A DNA stretch of 64,000 nt, from the NCBI GenBank assembly GCA_951406725.2, contig OX597826.1:9672001-9736000 (forward strand), read 5' to 3'. The translations under genes were made by a program, and so were the position numbers. Each line of letters opens with the position of its first letter. The stretch's first letter is position 1. A model generated the notes under the pieces. The model saw only the letters and a list, made by a program, of their open reading frames with translations, was not told the DNA's origin and ran no database searches. Origin of the DNA: Octopus vulgaris (taxonomy: Eukaryota). Shown in pieces: positions 14,701 to 27,924 of the stretch.

Positions 14701-15147
14701 AGGCGGCGAGCTGGCAGAATCGTTGGCATGCCAGGTGAAATGCTTAGCAGTATTTTGTTTGTCTTTACGTTCTGAGTTCAAATTCCGCCGAGGTCGACTT
14801 TGCCTTTTATCCTTTTGGGGTCGATTAAATAAGTACGAATTACGCACTGGAGTCGATATAATCAACTTAATCCGTTTGTCTGTCCTTGTTTGTCCTCAGT
14901 GTTTAGCCCCTTGTGGGCAGTAAAGAAGCAAGAAACATTAGCACGCCTGGCGAAATGCTTAATGGTATTTCATCTGCCACTATGTCCTGAGTTTAAATTC
15001 CACCGAGGTCGACTTTGCCTTTCATCCTTTTGGGGTCAATTAAATAAGTACCAGTTATGCACTGGGGTCGATATAATTGACTTAATCTGTTTGTCTGTCT
15101 TTGTTTGTACCCTCTGTGTTTAGCCCCTTGAGGGTAGTAAAGAAATA
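14701..15147 (+). mobile_element. SINE family B dimer (tRNA-like head, Meta-domain-like core)
   Basis: GGCGGCGAGCTGGCAGAA..., B box GAGTTCAAATTCC, GGTCGACTTTGCCTTTCATCCTTT.GGGGTCGAT.AAT.AGTACCAG; 22-bp flanking duplication. Confidence 0.9.
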
Positions 15148-15637
15148 TGAAACAAGTAAAAGATAAAAGTCACTGATTACTCATAACTGTTCTACATAGT
15201 TGTATGACTTGCTAGAAATAACAACCAGTTCTAACTTGAATCTTCTCCCTATACTGCTGCCTTCAAAAATGCAGAGAACACATGAAATAATGTGGTCTTT
15301 AATACTCCTAAAATGACAGGATGGTCACAGCTGCAATGCTTTTGAATGTAAGTCTGCTTAATCAGGGCTAACCTGAAGTGGTGCTAAGTAACAGCTGCCA
15401 CTGAGAGAGAGAAAATTCTCACTGATCAGAAAGTGTGATGTGTGTGTTAGGATTTCTTCATTTTACATCTGTGGATGAGCCAGTGAAAGGGCTGCTACAA
15501 GATTACTCAACTTACCAAAAAAGGCTGATGTATATATATATATATTTACATATATAGGCCAGTTGAGCTAGAGGTTAAAATAACCGTCTAAGGGATAGAA
15601 GTATCCGTTACACTACCGGTATATTACCTGTATTTAA

Positions 15638-15868
15638 GGCGGTGAGCTGGCAGAACCGTTAGCATGCCGGGCGAAATGCGTAGCCGTATTTCGTCTGCCG
15701 TTACATTCTGAGTTCAAATTCTGCCGAGATCGACTTTACCTTTCATCCTTTCGGGGTCGATAAATTAAGTACCAGTTATGCACTGGGGTCGATGTAATCA
15801 ACTTAATACCTATGTCTGTCCTTGTTTGTCCCCTCTATGTTTAGCCCCTGGTGGGTAATAAAGAAATA
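15638..15868 (+). mobile_element. SINE family B, full-length
   Basis: 20-bp TSD GGTATATTACCTGTATTTAA at 15618-15637 and 15869-15888. Confidence 0.92.
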
Positions 15869-16090
15869 GGTATATTACCTGTATTTAACCATGGGCATAC
15901 ATATTAAGGTCATAAGTTATAGGTAAAGACAAGGAAAAACATGGGTTTATCAAAAATCAAGATTTAAAGAAAACAGAAAATGGAGAAGGACGGATTAGCA
16001 ACGACTGACTTCCATCAATTATTATTTATTAATTCAATGCAAATAGACTGTGTCAATTGCTGTTAATCAGTAAGCTCCAGTTTATGTTTG

Positions 16091-16120
<30 letters not shown>

Positions 16121-16128
<8 letters not shown>

Positions 16129-16308
16129 TGCCCCCTCATTATCGAGTATGGCCATTGCATGAAGCTTAACTGTTATTGGTGCTGTGATCGAATGTGACTT
16201 TTTAACCCAGCTAAAGATCTACAATGTCTTGTACAGAATTGACAACTAAAACCTTGACCGGTAATAGCCGGCTGTAGTTGTAACTGGGCTTCATGTACCT
16301 TTGCATGT
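16121..16308 (-). mobile_element. Second copy of the same RTE-type LINE 3' end
   Basis: Reverse complement of about 63045-63232 with few substitutions; 3' end abuts (TA)n. Confidence 0.8.
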
Positions 16309-17134
16309 ACTGTTTTGGTACATCATTGATTATTTGCTTTTTAAGGTTACAGCCAGCCATTCAGTTGAGACTCACAGCACTATCAACAATCATGAATTAG
16401 TTAATCAATTTAATCAATCAATCAATGTTGTTATCGTGCAATGCCTGTGCAAGAAGATTTTTTTTTTTAAAGTGAGGAAAGGCTGTGCACTGAGTCAACC
16501 CCACTCACTAAGCAACAGCAGCCATAATCCGAAAAGAAGAACAAGTCGACATCATCAGTAACCACTGAGCTGCAGGTTTTATGTTGGAGTTATCCCAGTT
16601 ACCTTCTCCTAGAAGGATGCCTTAACAAAGGCTAGGAGTCCTTCACTCCCAATGGTTTAATCGCGCAATCGGGTATTCAATCCGATTATTTCTATGTCCC
16701 CGTGCATGATACAACCTTAAGCTGGATAAGATTGATATATATTGAGAAAAAATAAATAAATAAATAAAATATACAATATATATATATATAAAAACATTGA
16801 TATACAAAATATACATAAAATATATGATGTGAAGTATATAAAAATTTATATAATGAGCAAGCTATAAAGATATACAATATATAAAAATTAGTGAGAAAAA
16901 GGCAGATATACAGTAAATATATAATTACACATTTATTGGATGACTGTTGACTCTCAAAAGTTCCTCTGCCTTTTGACGGGTTTTGTTTTTCATCCCGCAG
17001 GGTGTCTAATAAACACCCTCCTCACCAAGCTTGCTTGGTGACGTTGCCAGTTTAGTCACCGACGGCCCGACCATGCAACGGGTTGTACTGGGTTACATGT
17101 TACCAGTAGCGCTCGAAAGTGACCTAACATATAT

Positions 17135-17390
17135 ATCAAAATAAGCAACAAGTATATCCGAGGTAATGTGGTACGATCGAGCAATCTTCAGCCACCTGAA
17201 GATTGCTTGACATTTTATAACTGATGTAATGCTTACAGTGTTTAATAAAATGAAGTAGCATGAAACGATCGTACCACATTACCTCGGATATACTTGTTGC
17301 TTATTTTGATTATAATCACCCCGTGGATTTATATGGATAAAACCATACAAAATTCTGGTGTCTTTGACTTAAGTACCATATTCATCTGAA
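17135..17390 (+). mobile_element. Fold-back element with hammerhead-like motif (Penelope-like/retrozyme candidate)
   Basis: Perfect 45-bp inverted arms 17135-17179 / 17266-17310; CTGAAGA at 17196, GAAA-CGATCG-TA at 17262-17273; TA-flanked. Confidence 0.65.
17196..17277 (+). ncRNA. Type I hammerhead-ribozyme-like motif
   Basis: CUGAAGA, long helix II (UGCU/AGCA, CAUUUUAU/AUAAAAUG, UGUAA/UUACA), GAAA, palindromic ACGAUCGU, GUA triplet, then CCAC; its helix I partner GUGG survives in the inverted arm. Non-canonical U.U at the base of helix II. Confidence 0.5.
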
Positions 17391-17572
17391 TATATATATA
17401 CACATATTAGTCCATTTTGCTGAGTGATTGGTGTTAGGAAGAGAACCCAGCAGTAAAAATCCTGCCAAAACAGTCACAGAAATCTGGTGCAGGCTTCTGC
17501 TTGGCTGGCTCTTGTGGAACCGTCCCACCCATGCTAGCATGGAAGGCAAACATTAAACAATGATGATGATAT

Positions 17573-17957
17573 AGGTGCAGGTGTGGTTGTGTGGTAAGAA
17601 GCTTGCTTCCCAACCACATGGTTCTGGGTTCAGTCCCACTGTGTTGCACCTTAGGCAAGTATCTTCTGCAATAACCAAAGTTTTGTGAGTGGATTTGGTA
17701 GAAACTGAAAGAAGCTCATCATATATATGTATATATTTATATGTGTTTGCCCCCCCCCCCATCATCACCACTTGACAACCAGTGTTGGTGTGTTTACATC
17801 CCTTAATTTAGTAGTTTAGCAAAAGAGACCAATAGAATAAGTACTAGGCTTTAAAAAAATAAGTCCTGGGGCTGATTTGCTTGATTCAAAACCCTTCAAA
17901 GCAGTGCTCCAGCATGGCTGCAGTCAAATGACTGAACAGGTAAAAGAATAAAAGAAT
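17573..17957 (+). mobile_element. SINE family A
   Basis: Full-length homology; partial copies follow at about 18115-18262 and 18549-18770. Confidence 0.85.
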
Positions 17958-18452
17958 ATATGATATATTTGAAAATAAGGATAAACACAAGTTTATGTTA
18001 TTGTTCCTATGTGGTTGTTTGGAGCCTTGCAATAGATGTTCCCAATTCATACAGATGATCGGCCACAATAAGTCCTCAGGGGACACTTTACTGTAACACA
18101 TCACATCCATATGCACAAGCACAGCTATGTGTAAGTTTGCCTCTCAACCACATGGCACTGGTTTCAGTCCCACTGCATAACAAACACTTGGACTAAGTTT
18201 CTCCTTCCATAGACTCAGGCTGACCAAAGCCTTATGAGTGGATTTAGTAGATGGAAACTGGGAAACCATCCAACCCATGCCAGCATCATCATCATCATCA
18301 TCATCATGCACATAAATCATCATCATCGTCGATTAATATCTGTCTTCCAAGCATGCATGAGTAGGACAACTGACAGGAGCTGGGCAGGTAGAAGACTACC
18401 CCCAGACAATTGTGTCTGTTTTGGCAGGATCTTTACAGTTGAATGCCCTTCC

Positions 18453-18491
<39 letters not shown>

Positions 18492-18501
18492 ATGCATGTT
18501 G

Positions 18502-18549
<48 letters not shown>

Positions 18550-19607
18550 GGTGCAGGAGTGGCTGTGTGGTAAGAAGCTTGCTTATCAACCACTTGGTTC
18601 CAGGTTCAGTCCTACTGTGTGGAACCTTGGGCAAGCATCTTCTACTGTAACCTCGGGCTGACCAAAGCCTTATGAGTGGATTTGGTAGACGGAAACTGAA
18701 AGAAGCCCATCGTATGTATGTATGTGTGTGTGTGTGTGTATATATTATATTTGTGTGTCTGTGTGTGGTATGTATGTATGTGAGTATATTTCATCAGCAC
18801 ACTAGTGCATACACTGAGAGTTACTCTTTGTTGATGAGGTTAGTATAAAACTGAAATAAGTCCAGAGTTATCTGCTGTACTTGCCATAAAAATGATTGAT
18901 ACTAACTATTAATTAATATTGTATTTTCCTCATCATAATGATTTCTTGGTAGCATTTTAATGCTCACGACATTAAATATATCACTAACTTCACTACCATC
19001 TAGTAAGTTTAACACCCAATTTCAAATCACCAATTAAGTCTGTATATTTTATTGACTCATTATTTTGAACAGCCTGGAGGTGCAACTCACATTTGGTGTG
19101 TATGTGTACATGGCTGTCAGCCTGCTGGAGTGGGGAATTGAGTAGGATATTGGATGAGAAACAAGGAGCTGCAATATGTCACATTCCAATGCATAACACA
19201 AAGCCTGAACGAACAATATCTCTCTTAATCATATCACTAATCTCTGTAGAATGCTTCAAAAATTATTATGGTTTTGATTTTGATATCCAAAATATAAGTT
19301 GAAGCTTATTTACTCAGCAGACTCTAATTATATAGCTAAAGCATTCCTATTAATTAAGGATTTAATATCCAGTATCATTTCATCAGAGACAGAAAAATGC
19401 AACGAACCAATCCTGTGCTCCTCCACTTTTGTATATACATCAAACACCACCACCACCACCACCACCAGTAATTCTATCACTGCAACACACACCATCCATA
19501 TAAGGCTATGAATGATATAGATATGTCACCATGGATTTCATATTCCGATTGATGAAAATTGAATTAAAAACACTCTACAGGGAAAAAATGTGTCAGCTGC
19601 AATGGAG

Positions 19608-19670
<63 letters not shown>

Positions 19671-21768
19671 AGTGCCCAACTTCATGTATGTAATTGATTT
19701 AAAAAGCAGTATATTGGCTTGCAGTGGTGAGTTTTGCTCCTGGAGATCTCTAGAGAAGCCACTTAACTATTCAGATGAAACTAATGGCTCCTTACCATGC
19801 ACACTTTCCTCGTGGCATCAGCTTTGGATTTGGTTACTGAAAGCTGCAGCTGTCTGTTTACATGTGTATGCATCATCCCCAAAACTAACTTTTTGTGCAC
19901 TCACACATACACACGTAGATGCACGGGTGTTAAACCCATCACACAAGTAAATGAGCAAGTCTCACTACGGTAGCTCAGTGAGTTCAAACTAGCCTCTAAA
20001 TCTCTCTAAGATTATTCCTTAGTCTCTTAGAAAAGAAAACATTTGATAATATTGGCCATGGTACACTACTCTAGAAGGAAAACACCCACTACACTCTCAG
20101 AATGGTTGGCATTAGGAAGGGCATCAAGCTGTAGAAACCACGCTAAATCAGATTGAAACCTGGTGCAGCTTACCAGTTTTCAGTTAAGCCATCCAACCCA
20201 TGCCAGCATGGAAAATGGGTGTTAAATGATGATCACACACACACAGGCTCAGATATAGGAATAAATGTACCACTGACCAGGGTAACTTGATACATCGTGA
20301 TTTTGCAATTTAGTGAAAAGTACTGCCACAAGCTTCATCAGCCAACATTAAATGAAAGTCAGTGTGAATCTTTCCACATTAAATATATTTATAACATTAA
20401 AGTCATGATGTGTAAAAATGTGGTGAAACTTCAAGGGAATTCAAATGTTCAGCATTTAACCGCAATATCACATTGCAAAGTCCATCGGCACACACAATGA
20501 CAGTTTTCAATATGTAATCTAAAGCTCAGAACATTAGCTTATTGTAAACTCCTGTTTAAAATGTCCTTCTTGATGCATTAAAAAAAAATATTTATGAGCA
20601 TTTAAAAAATGGGGCAGTTTTAATGGAAAAAAAAGAAGAAGAAAAAAAGAATTCTATAGAGGTAATCCTCATTTGGTTGGTATTAAAAAGGCTAAAGTGT
20701 ATTTTTCACAGTTATTCAGAATGAAAGATTACTAAAAGAGATATTAGGAATTTGTGAGTCTCATGCTTTTTCCATAAATTTGAATTATAATAATCCATGT
20801 AGAATATATTCTGTCAGTTTTTAAATTATCAGATTGCTCTGATGTATATGATAACTCCATAATGTTCTTGTTGTTCAGCCCCAGAATATCTCTGGTTAAG
20901 AGACTGAAAAGCATTCAAGCTCTGTATTTTCTATGTTTGTTTTCTTTTCTATTTTTCTTCTTCTTTTTTTTTTGCCCAGTTCCTGCATCTTTTAGTACAT
21001 TTATTCTTTTATGTCGTTTTCCCCACTTTCAAGACAGCAAAAGATGTAATCTGAGTGAGATTCTACCAGGTCAAATGAGCAGTTTTCTTTCTTTTTTGCT
21101 CCTGTGACAGCTATTTCCATTGTGCTACTTGAAAGGACTTAATACTTCATTGCACCAGATTAAACAGCTGAACTATAAGAGTGTGAAGTCAAGTAGAAGG
21201 GGAAATACCAATAGAGAGTCAGTTGTACTAAGTAACCCCTGGACTGATTTCCTATGCTGTTTACATCTTAGTGGATAGAGCTATTTCAGGGAGTTGATTA
21301 TCTCAGACAAGCCTCGTAATTCATACAAATATCCAAATTTACTCAGCCTTCCAAATATATCATCATCTTATCATAAGCAAATATAAATCATTAAACAACA
21401 AATTTAAACAAATGCACACACATACAGAGACTCAGGCCTGTCTGTGTTTCTTACCATGTGATTTGGGGTTCAGTCCCACAGTGTGGCACCTTGTAGCTGC
21501 CATCTGACTGCAGCTGTAATAAAGGTATGCCTTATGAGTGAAATTTGGTAGATAGAAACTGTACTGAAGCCTAGATGTGTGTGTGTGTGTATGTATAAGT
21601 ATTTGTATGCATACATATATACATCAGTGTGTGCATATATCATCATCATCGTTTAACATCTGCCTTCCATGCTAGCATGAGTGGGGCTATATATATATAT
21701 ATATATTTATGTACAGGGGTTGGACAAAACCAGTACGAGTAAAGGGATACATAACAGACACACAGATA

Positions 21769-21984
21769 CGAAGGGGTGCTGAAAAGATTCTGCTTTAAGG
21801 GTATTGTGAAAGGCCCGGTTGGAAGCCCAACCTTCTGAGTTATTTTACAAGGCGTAGACAAACTGAAGGACCACTGCAATAAGTGTGTGAATCTGAGAGG
21901 GGAATATGTTGAATAGAATCATGATTAACTGATCCTCTTGTATTTTCTTTTACCCAAAGCCAGGAACTTTTCAACACCCCCTCG
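21769..21984 (+). mobile_element. Mariner-derived MITE
   Basis: TIRs CGAAGGGGTGCTGAAAAG / CTTTTCAACACCCCCTCG after TA; residual C-terminus KLKDHCNKCVNLRGEYVE*. Confidence 0.8.
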
Positions 21985-22438
21985 GAGATATTAGATCTAA
22001 GAGAATCATATAATTATGTTTTTAGAAGAAATAAATATTCCTGTTTGGCATCTGAAACATTTCTGTTTGTTATGTAAGGTTATACCCACCCACCAGCTGC
22101 TAGCAAGAGATAACGGTAACTTCTGATAATGCCATTGCATTTATTTTTATGAAAACCGACGCTGAGGCTGTTTGAGAATCTCTCTCTAGGATACAGCAAG
22201 AGACATAGGTGTCTGTGACTCGAAAAATATGTGTAAATGATTTATGTGTGTGCAGCTTTGAACTGAGTTTTGGTTGTTTTTTGAAAGAAAAAGAGAGAAA
22301 GAAACTCTCATCAGAGAGGTATTTAATCTGCTGCCAGCCTCATTGTCTTTGGACATGGACCTGAGAAATTTGAATAATTGAATGATGCCAGTCAGTCATC
22401 AACTTCCTTTTTATTATGTGCATAATAATATTTGTAAA

Positions 22439-22528
22439 ACACACACACACATACGTGCACACACACACATACGTGCACACACACACATACGTGCACACAC
22501 ACACATACGTGCACACACACACACACAC
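22439..22528. repeat. 18-bp minisatellite (ACACACACACATACGTGC) x4
   Basis: Direct inspection. Confidence 0.9.
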
Positions 22529-24309
22529 TTTCTCTCTCTCTCTTTTCAAAAGTTTTATCTCTGCAGATAACTACCTGGTGGTTTAAACTTGTTAATGTAT
22601 TATTATTTTCCATTTCAGACAATGTAAAATAATAATACATTAACAAGTTTGAAGCACCAAGTAGTGTCCACACAGATAAAGCAGTAGAATGAGGGGTGTC
22701 TATTTACTTTTGAGATGTGTGTGTGTGTGTATCATCATCATCATCATCGTCTAACATCCGCTTTCCATGCTAGCATGGGTTGGATGATTTGACTGAGGAC
22801 TGGCAAACCAGATGTATAGTCAGCTTGATAGTGGGCAAAGGAATGTTGGTTGACCATGATTCAGATATAAGGACGAGTTAAAGAGTAACTTCATGGCTGT
22901 CAATATAGCTCACAACTCCTTTGAGCAGACTTGGAACAAACAAAATGGAGATCATCGTGTCAAAATGAGAGACTTTATTACAATTAACATTAACAGGCTA
23001 AGGAGTGCAAGGCACCCCTTAGCCTTTTGCAAATATACTGGCCTGCCCTGACCCACAATCCTCATATCTGCAACATCTGCAGGCTTCTTTGCAAATTGTT
23101 GGCAGGACTCAGATGTCACATTTGACAAAAGCATTATGACTGACAAAGAAAATGTAGGTTGTCAGATCCTCATACATCAAAACCGACGGGAGAGAGTCTA
23201 ACATATGTGTCCATGTGGTTAAGAAAATACTGCACAGTTCAGGAGTCATTCTAACTGCATGAGCATTGTCAGTTGGTGTCTTTTGCTACGGCAGCAGGTT
23301 GGCAAACATTTTGCAAGTGAAATTTTATAGACAGAGACGTGTGTGTGTGTGCGTGCGTGTCCCCCCCCCCATCCCATCCCACTGTTTTGACACGTGGGTG
23401 GCAATTGTAAACAAAAGCCACCATCATACAAACGCTGTCATTTGTTTGAAATTCTCTATAAAAGCACGTCAAGCCATTTACAGTTCATTCTTCGAAAGAC
23501 TAAGGTAAATATCAGAACACTTGGAAAAAGGTGAAGGTTGGTGACAGGGAGGGCATCCAACTGTAGGAAAATCTGCCTTGGCAAGTTCTGTCTGACCCAT
23601 TGCAAGCAAGAGGGGGAAAAAATGAACATTGTAATGATGGTGATGATAGTAATTATGGTAATGATGATGATGACATGATTTTGTTTGCAATTTATTTAAG
23701 AACAGAATTCAGATCAATCGATAACAAAGTGATGAGACTTTTATATTTTTTTTGTTGGAGTCAAGACAGTTCTAAGATTTGGGAATATGTGAAAGAGTTA
23801 GTATATGCACATGTGTGTGTGTGTGTGTGCATGAGTGTATATACGTGGATATATTTGCACTCATGTGGTTGTGCAAGTCCTTTATCTCCTACAATGTTCC
23901 TATCTGTCTATACATAGACACACACACACACATATATATACATACATATTTATACAAATACATACATACATATATATATATGTATATGGCTTGTTTTTAG
24001 AGTAATAAATAATACAGATACTATTTAAAATAATACAGATATGTTATTTCTTGTCTGTTATTTTACATGCAGTCTCTTACTGCATGTCTGTTTGCAGGAG
24101 GAAATGGTGAGGGTGGTTTTCAAAACTCAAATGGATGTAACGACTCCGCAGAGAATTAAAGAACAACATCCCTGTGTGTTGTGTATATACTTTCTGTAGA
24201 ATACTGAGGTCTTTAGACTTAAGAAGAACATATTGTCCCCAATTTGCTAACCCAACAGAAAAAGTGTTTCGGTGAGCATTAAAGCAAACAGAACAGTAAG
24301 GAAGGAGCT

Positions 24310-24803
24310 GTGTGTTTATATGCATGTATGTGTATACATATATATGCTTACGTCTGTTAGTATATGCTTGTGTATGTGTGTATGTATGTATGTATGTATG
24401 TATGTATGTATGCGTGTATATATGTGTGTGTGTATGTATATGCATGTATGTATACATATATATATATATATGTATGTATATATACATATATATGTATATA
24501 CATATAAGTATGTATATATATATATATATGTATGTATGTATGTATATACATATATGTATGTATATATATATGTGTATATGTATGTTTGTGTATATATGTA
24601 TATATGTGTATACATGTATGTATATATATTGTCAGTGTATGTATGTGTGTATATATATATATATATATACATATGTGTATATATATGTATGTATATATAT
24701 TTATGTGTGTGTGTATGTATGTATATACATATGTATATATATATATGTATGTATGTATATGTATGTATGTATATATATATATATGTATGTATGTATATGT
24801 ATG

Positions 24804-24835
<32 letters not shown>

Positions 24836-24850
24836 CATGTGTATGTATGT
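24310..24850. repeat. Compound (TA)/(TATG)/(TG) microsatellite
   Basis: Direct inspection. Confidence 0.95.
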
Positions 24851-25603
24851 CAGTAACTCAGGGAGTCCCTAATGTTTTCTTTGAATGAAACAAAATGCAT
24901 TTTGTTGAACTCATGGTTTTAACAGCACACATAAAGCGTGTGTGCGTGTGTGGTTTATAACATGCCAGATATTATAAACAGACTAACAACAGTTTTGATC
25001 TTTGCTTCTCATAGGAAATGAATAAATATGTGTTTTATAAAAGGTTCCATCATGAACAAATGTTCAGGATTTTTTTTTTTTTTTTTTGTCGTAACAAATC
25101 AAATTTTTTGTTAAAATACTTTGAATCGCTGAATGGTTGAGAACTGAACAGTTGCGTGACATTCATACTGCATAAAAAGCACACAGAAAAAATAGCAAAA
25201 AAATAGCAAAAAAAATTTCTTTAGTTCATATGAATAAAATAAAAAATATATAGTCCCTTATTTTTATCATCATATATCAAAAAGAAATGCAAGTGAACGA
25301 CTGATATCCTCACACAATAAGGCTTCAACTATTTCAAACAGATTTGTATTGTTAACATGTATATCTATCAATTTTTGTAGTTTATATATGTTATACACAC
25401 ACACACACACACAATATTGTCTCATCACATTGACTGCCTGAAAATCATAAGATGTGTGTGTGTGTGTGCGTGATAATATACGTAAATGTTGAACAATGAT
25501 ATATATATATATATCCTGTATATGTATATATATATATATCCTGTATATGGTAAGGCTTCAATTTGATCATCTAAAAGAGATATAGTGAAAACCACAAGAC
25601 TCA

Positions 25604-25656
<53 letters not shown>

Positions 25657-26035
25657 TATTTGTATATATAAACATACATGTATGTTCATGTATTTATATA
25701 TGCATGCATATGCAATTATATATATATGTATGTATGTCACGTGTTTCATAACAAAAGGAGTAGACCTCAGTATTGCTGGAAATAGAAGACTAAATTTATT
25801 AAATGTATTAAACAAGTTTACAACAGGTGAAGAACAGCAAGCATCAGATAAATTACTGTCAAGAAACTCAGAGTTCTGAATGCACACCTATACTATTCAA
25901 GAAATGATATGTAAATGTATATGATATATAGGTGCTGATATGGCACCTTGGGCAAGTGTCTTTGGTTAATATGCGGTTGTAAGAAAGTATGAGTGAGTTC
26001 TGATGGAAATCCTAACATTTCATTAAAAGAATATC

Positions 26036-26266
26036 TATATCTTTACTACCCACAAGGAGCTAAACACAGAGAGGACAAACAAGGACAGACAAACAGATTA
26101 AGTCGATTACATTGCCCCCAGTGCGTAACTGGTACTTAATTTATCGACCCCGAAAGGATGAAAAGCAAAGTCGACCTCGGCGGAATTTGAACTCAGAACG
26201 TAACAGCAGACGAAATACGGCTACACATTTCGCCTGGCGTGCTAATGTTTCTGCCAGCTCGCCGCC
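26036..26266 (-). mobile_element. SINE family B, full-length
   Basis: 14-bp TSD ATTAAAAGAATATC at 26022 and 26268. Confidence 0.92.
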
Positions 26267-26584
26267 TATTAAAAGAATATCACAGACTCCCTCATTATGC
26301 CACATCCACACGTAAAGGATATGTTAAGCATTTCAGAAATAACAGCTGAAGTACACTATTCCACTGAGAGGTGTTGTTGTTTGTATCTTATGTAAAATGT
26401 ATGTAGTTTGTATGTTATGTTAAATACATGTATGTTCAATACGTTGGTTATGTCACAGACATTGTTTACATGAGTTTATGCAATGCCATTGTTTTCACTT
26501 CTGGTTTTACTTCCATTATTTTTAAGACAGGCTACTTCCACATTTTTACAACCATAAACTGCATGTCAGCCACGTTTTTCACTG

Positions 26585-26877
26585 TGGCCCTTGGGCTAAA
26601 CAAAGCCTTTGTGAGTGGATTTGGTAGGTAGAAACTGGAGGAAACCCATCGTATATGTGTGTGTGTGTGTATGTCTGTGTTTGCACCCCCCCCCCCAACA
26701 TTGCTTGACAACCGATGCTGGTTTGTTTACATCCCCATAACTTAATGGTTTGGCAAAAGAGAATAAGTACAAGGCTTACAAAGAATAAGTCCTGGGGGTC
26801 AATTTGCTTGACTAAAGGTGGTGCTCCAGCGTGGCCACAGTCAAATGACTGAAACAAGTTAAAGAGTAAAAAGAGTA
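26585..26877 (+). mobile_element. SINE family A, 5'-truncated
   Basis: Body and tail homology. Confidence 0.85.
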
Positions 26878-26990
26878 TATAAATGACCCTTGGATCAGTT
26901 ATTAGAAAAGTATAGCTCTACATTATATATATTTGAAAAAATGTTCCAAACTTTTGGCCTTGGCTGTAAACATATATATATATATATATA

Positions 26991-27343
26991 GTATTTAATC
27001 ATATCAAACGAAATGGAAATTAATTAAATTTAACTTTTCCAGTGGTCTAACATGTAAAAAAATTTAGTCGAAAAGACTATATATTAGTCATACGATATAG
27101 TGTATATTTAAACACATAAGGAATCCACTTATATGGATTCTACACGCTAGAAAGAACAGCTAGGTTCTATAACCACAAAAATTGGGGATAAAATTCGACA
27201 GGAATAAATTTGGAAATGAAAAAGATTTATCCTGTCGAATTTTATCCCTAATTTTGTGGTTATAGATCCTAGCTGTTCTTTCTAGCATGTAGAAATCCTA
27301 TAAGTGGATTCCTTATGTGTTTAAATATACACTATGCCATATG
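26991..27343. repeat. Hairpin with arms of about 112 bp plus an unpaired AT-rich leader, between (TA)n tracts
   Basis: 27097-27209 vs 27224-27335 inverted with few mismatches. Confidence 0.85.
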
Positions 27344-27395
<52 letters not shown>

Positions 27396-27400
<5 letters not shown>

Positions 27401-27775
27401 ATATAAACGGCAGTTTGTCTGTGCGTTTTCTGTGTGTCTGTTTTCTCGTACCCTCACTCTGACCACGGCTTTCAACCGATTCTGATGAAACTTGACACAC
27501 ACATAGCCCAATGTCATAATTCAAAACTAACGCAGCGAAAATTTTGAAAAGTTCCCCCAGTTCTGAAAAAAATCGATAAATTCGACATGGGGTCGAGAAT
27601 CAGGAACCCAAACCACAGACCGTCTAGGGGACGCAACTCCACCATTTTTAACTCTCAAAAAAAAATTACCATAATTTTTTTTCCATTTTTTTGCTATTTT
27701 TTGGCTATAACTCTCTAAAAATGCTTTATAGTTATTTCCCTTACAAACCTGAGCAACGCCGGGCGATACTGCTAG
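27396..27775 (+). mobile_element. Non-autonomous Helitron-like element
   Basis: 5' TC(TC)TATATAAA; internal TCAACCGATTCTGATGAAACTTG; subterminal CCTGAGCAACGCCGGG hairpin; 3' CTAG; inserted between A and T, no TSD. Confidence 0.75.
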
Positions 27776-27924
27776 TATATATATAAGACTCATCAATCTA
27801 AGTGAAATCATAGTTGTGGCTGATGCTGGTGCCACATAACTGGCACATGCTTGTAGCATGTCAAAAGCACTTGTTCCACTCTTGGAGTGGTTGGCATCTG
27901 GCTATAGAAACCATGCCAAATCAG

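Noticed and set aside
24077-24888. Long YI/CV/HT-rich ORFs (also near 29.3-30.8, 35.0, 42.0, 50.5-51.4 and 57.3-57.9 kb)
   Set aside because: Translations of stop-free dinucleotide microsatellites, open in several frames on both strands
26112-26315. Recurring peptide VRNWYLIYRPRKDERQSRPRRNLN (also 33537, 47925)
   Set aside because: Antisense translation of SINE family B
27482-27495. CTGATGAAAC as a hammerhead core
   Set aside because: Part of the Helitron internal motif; no helices
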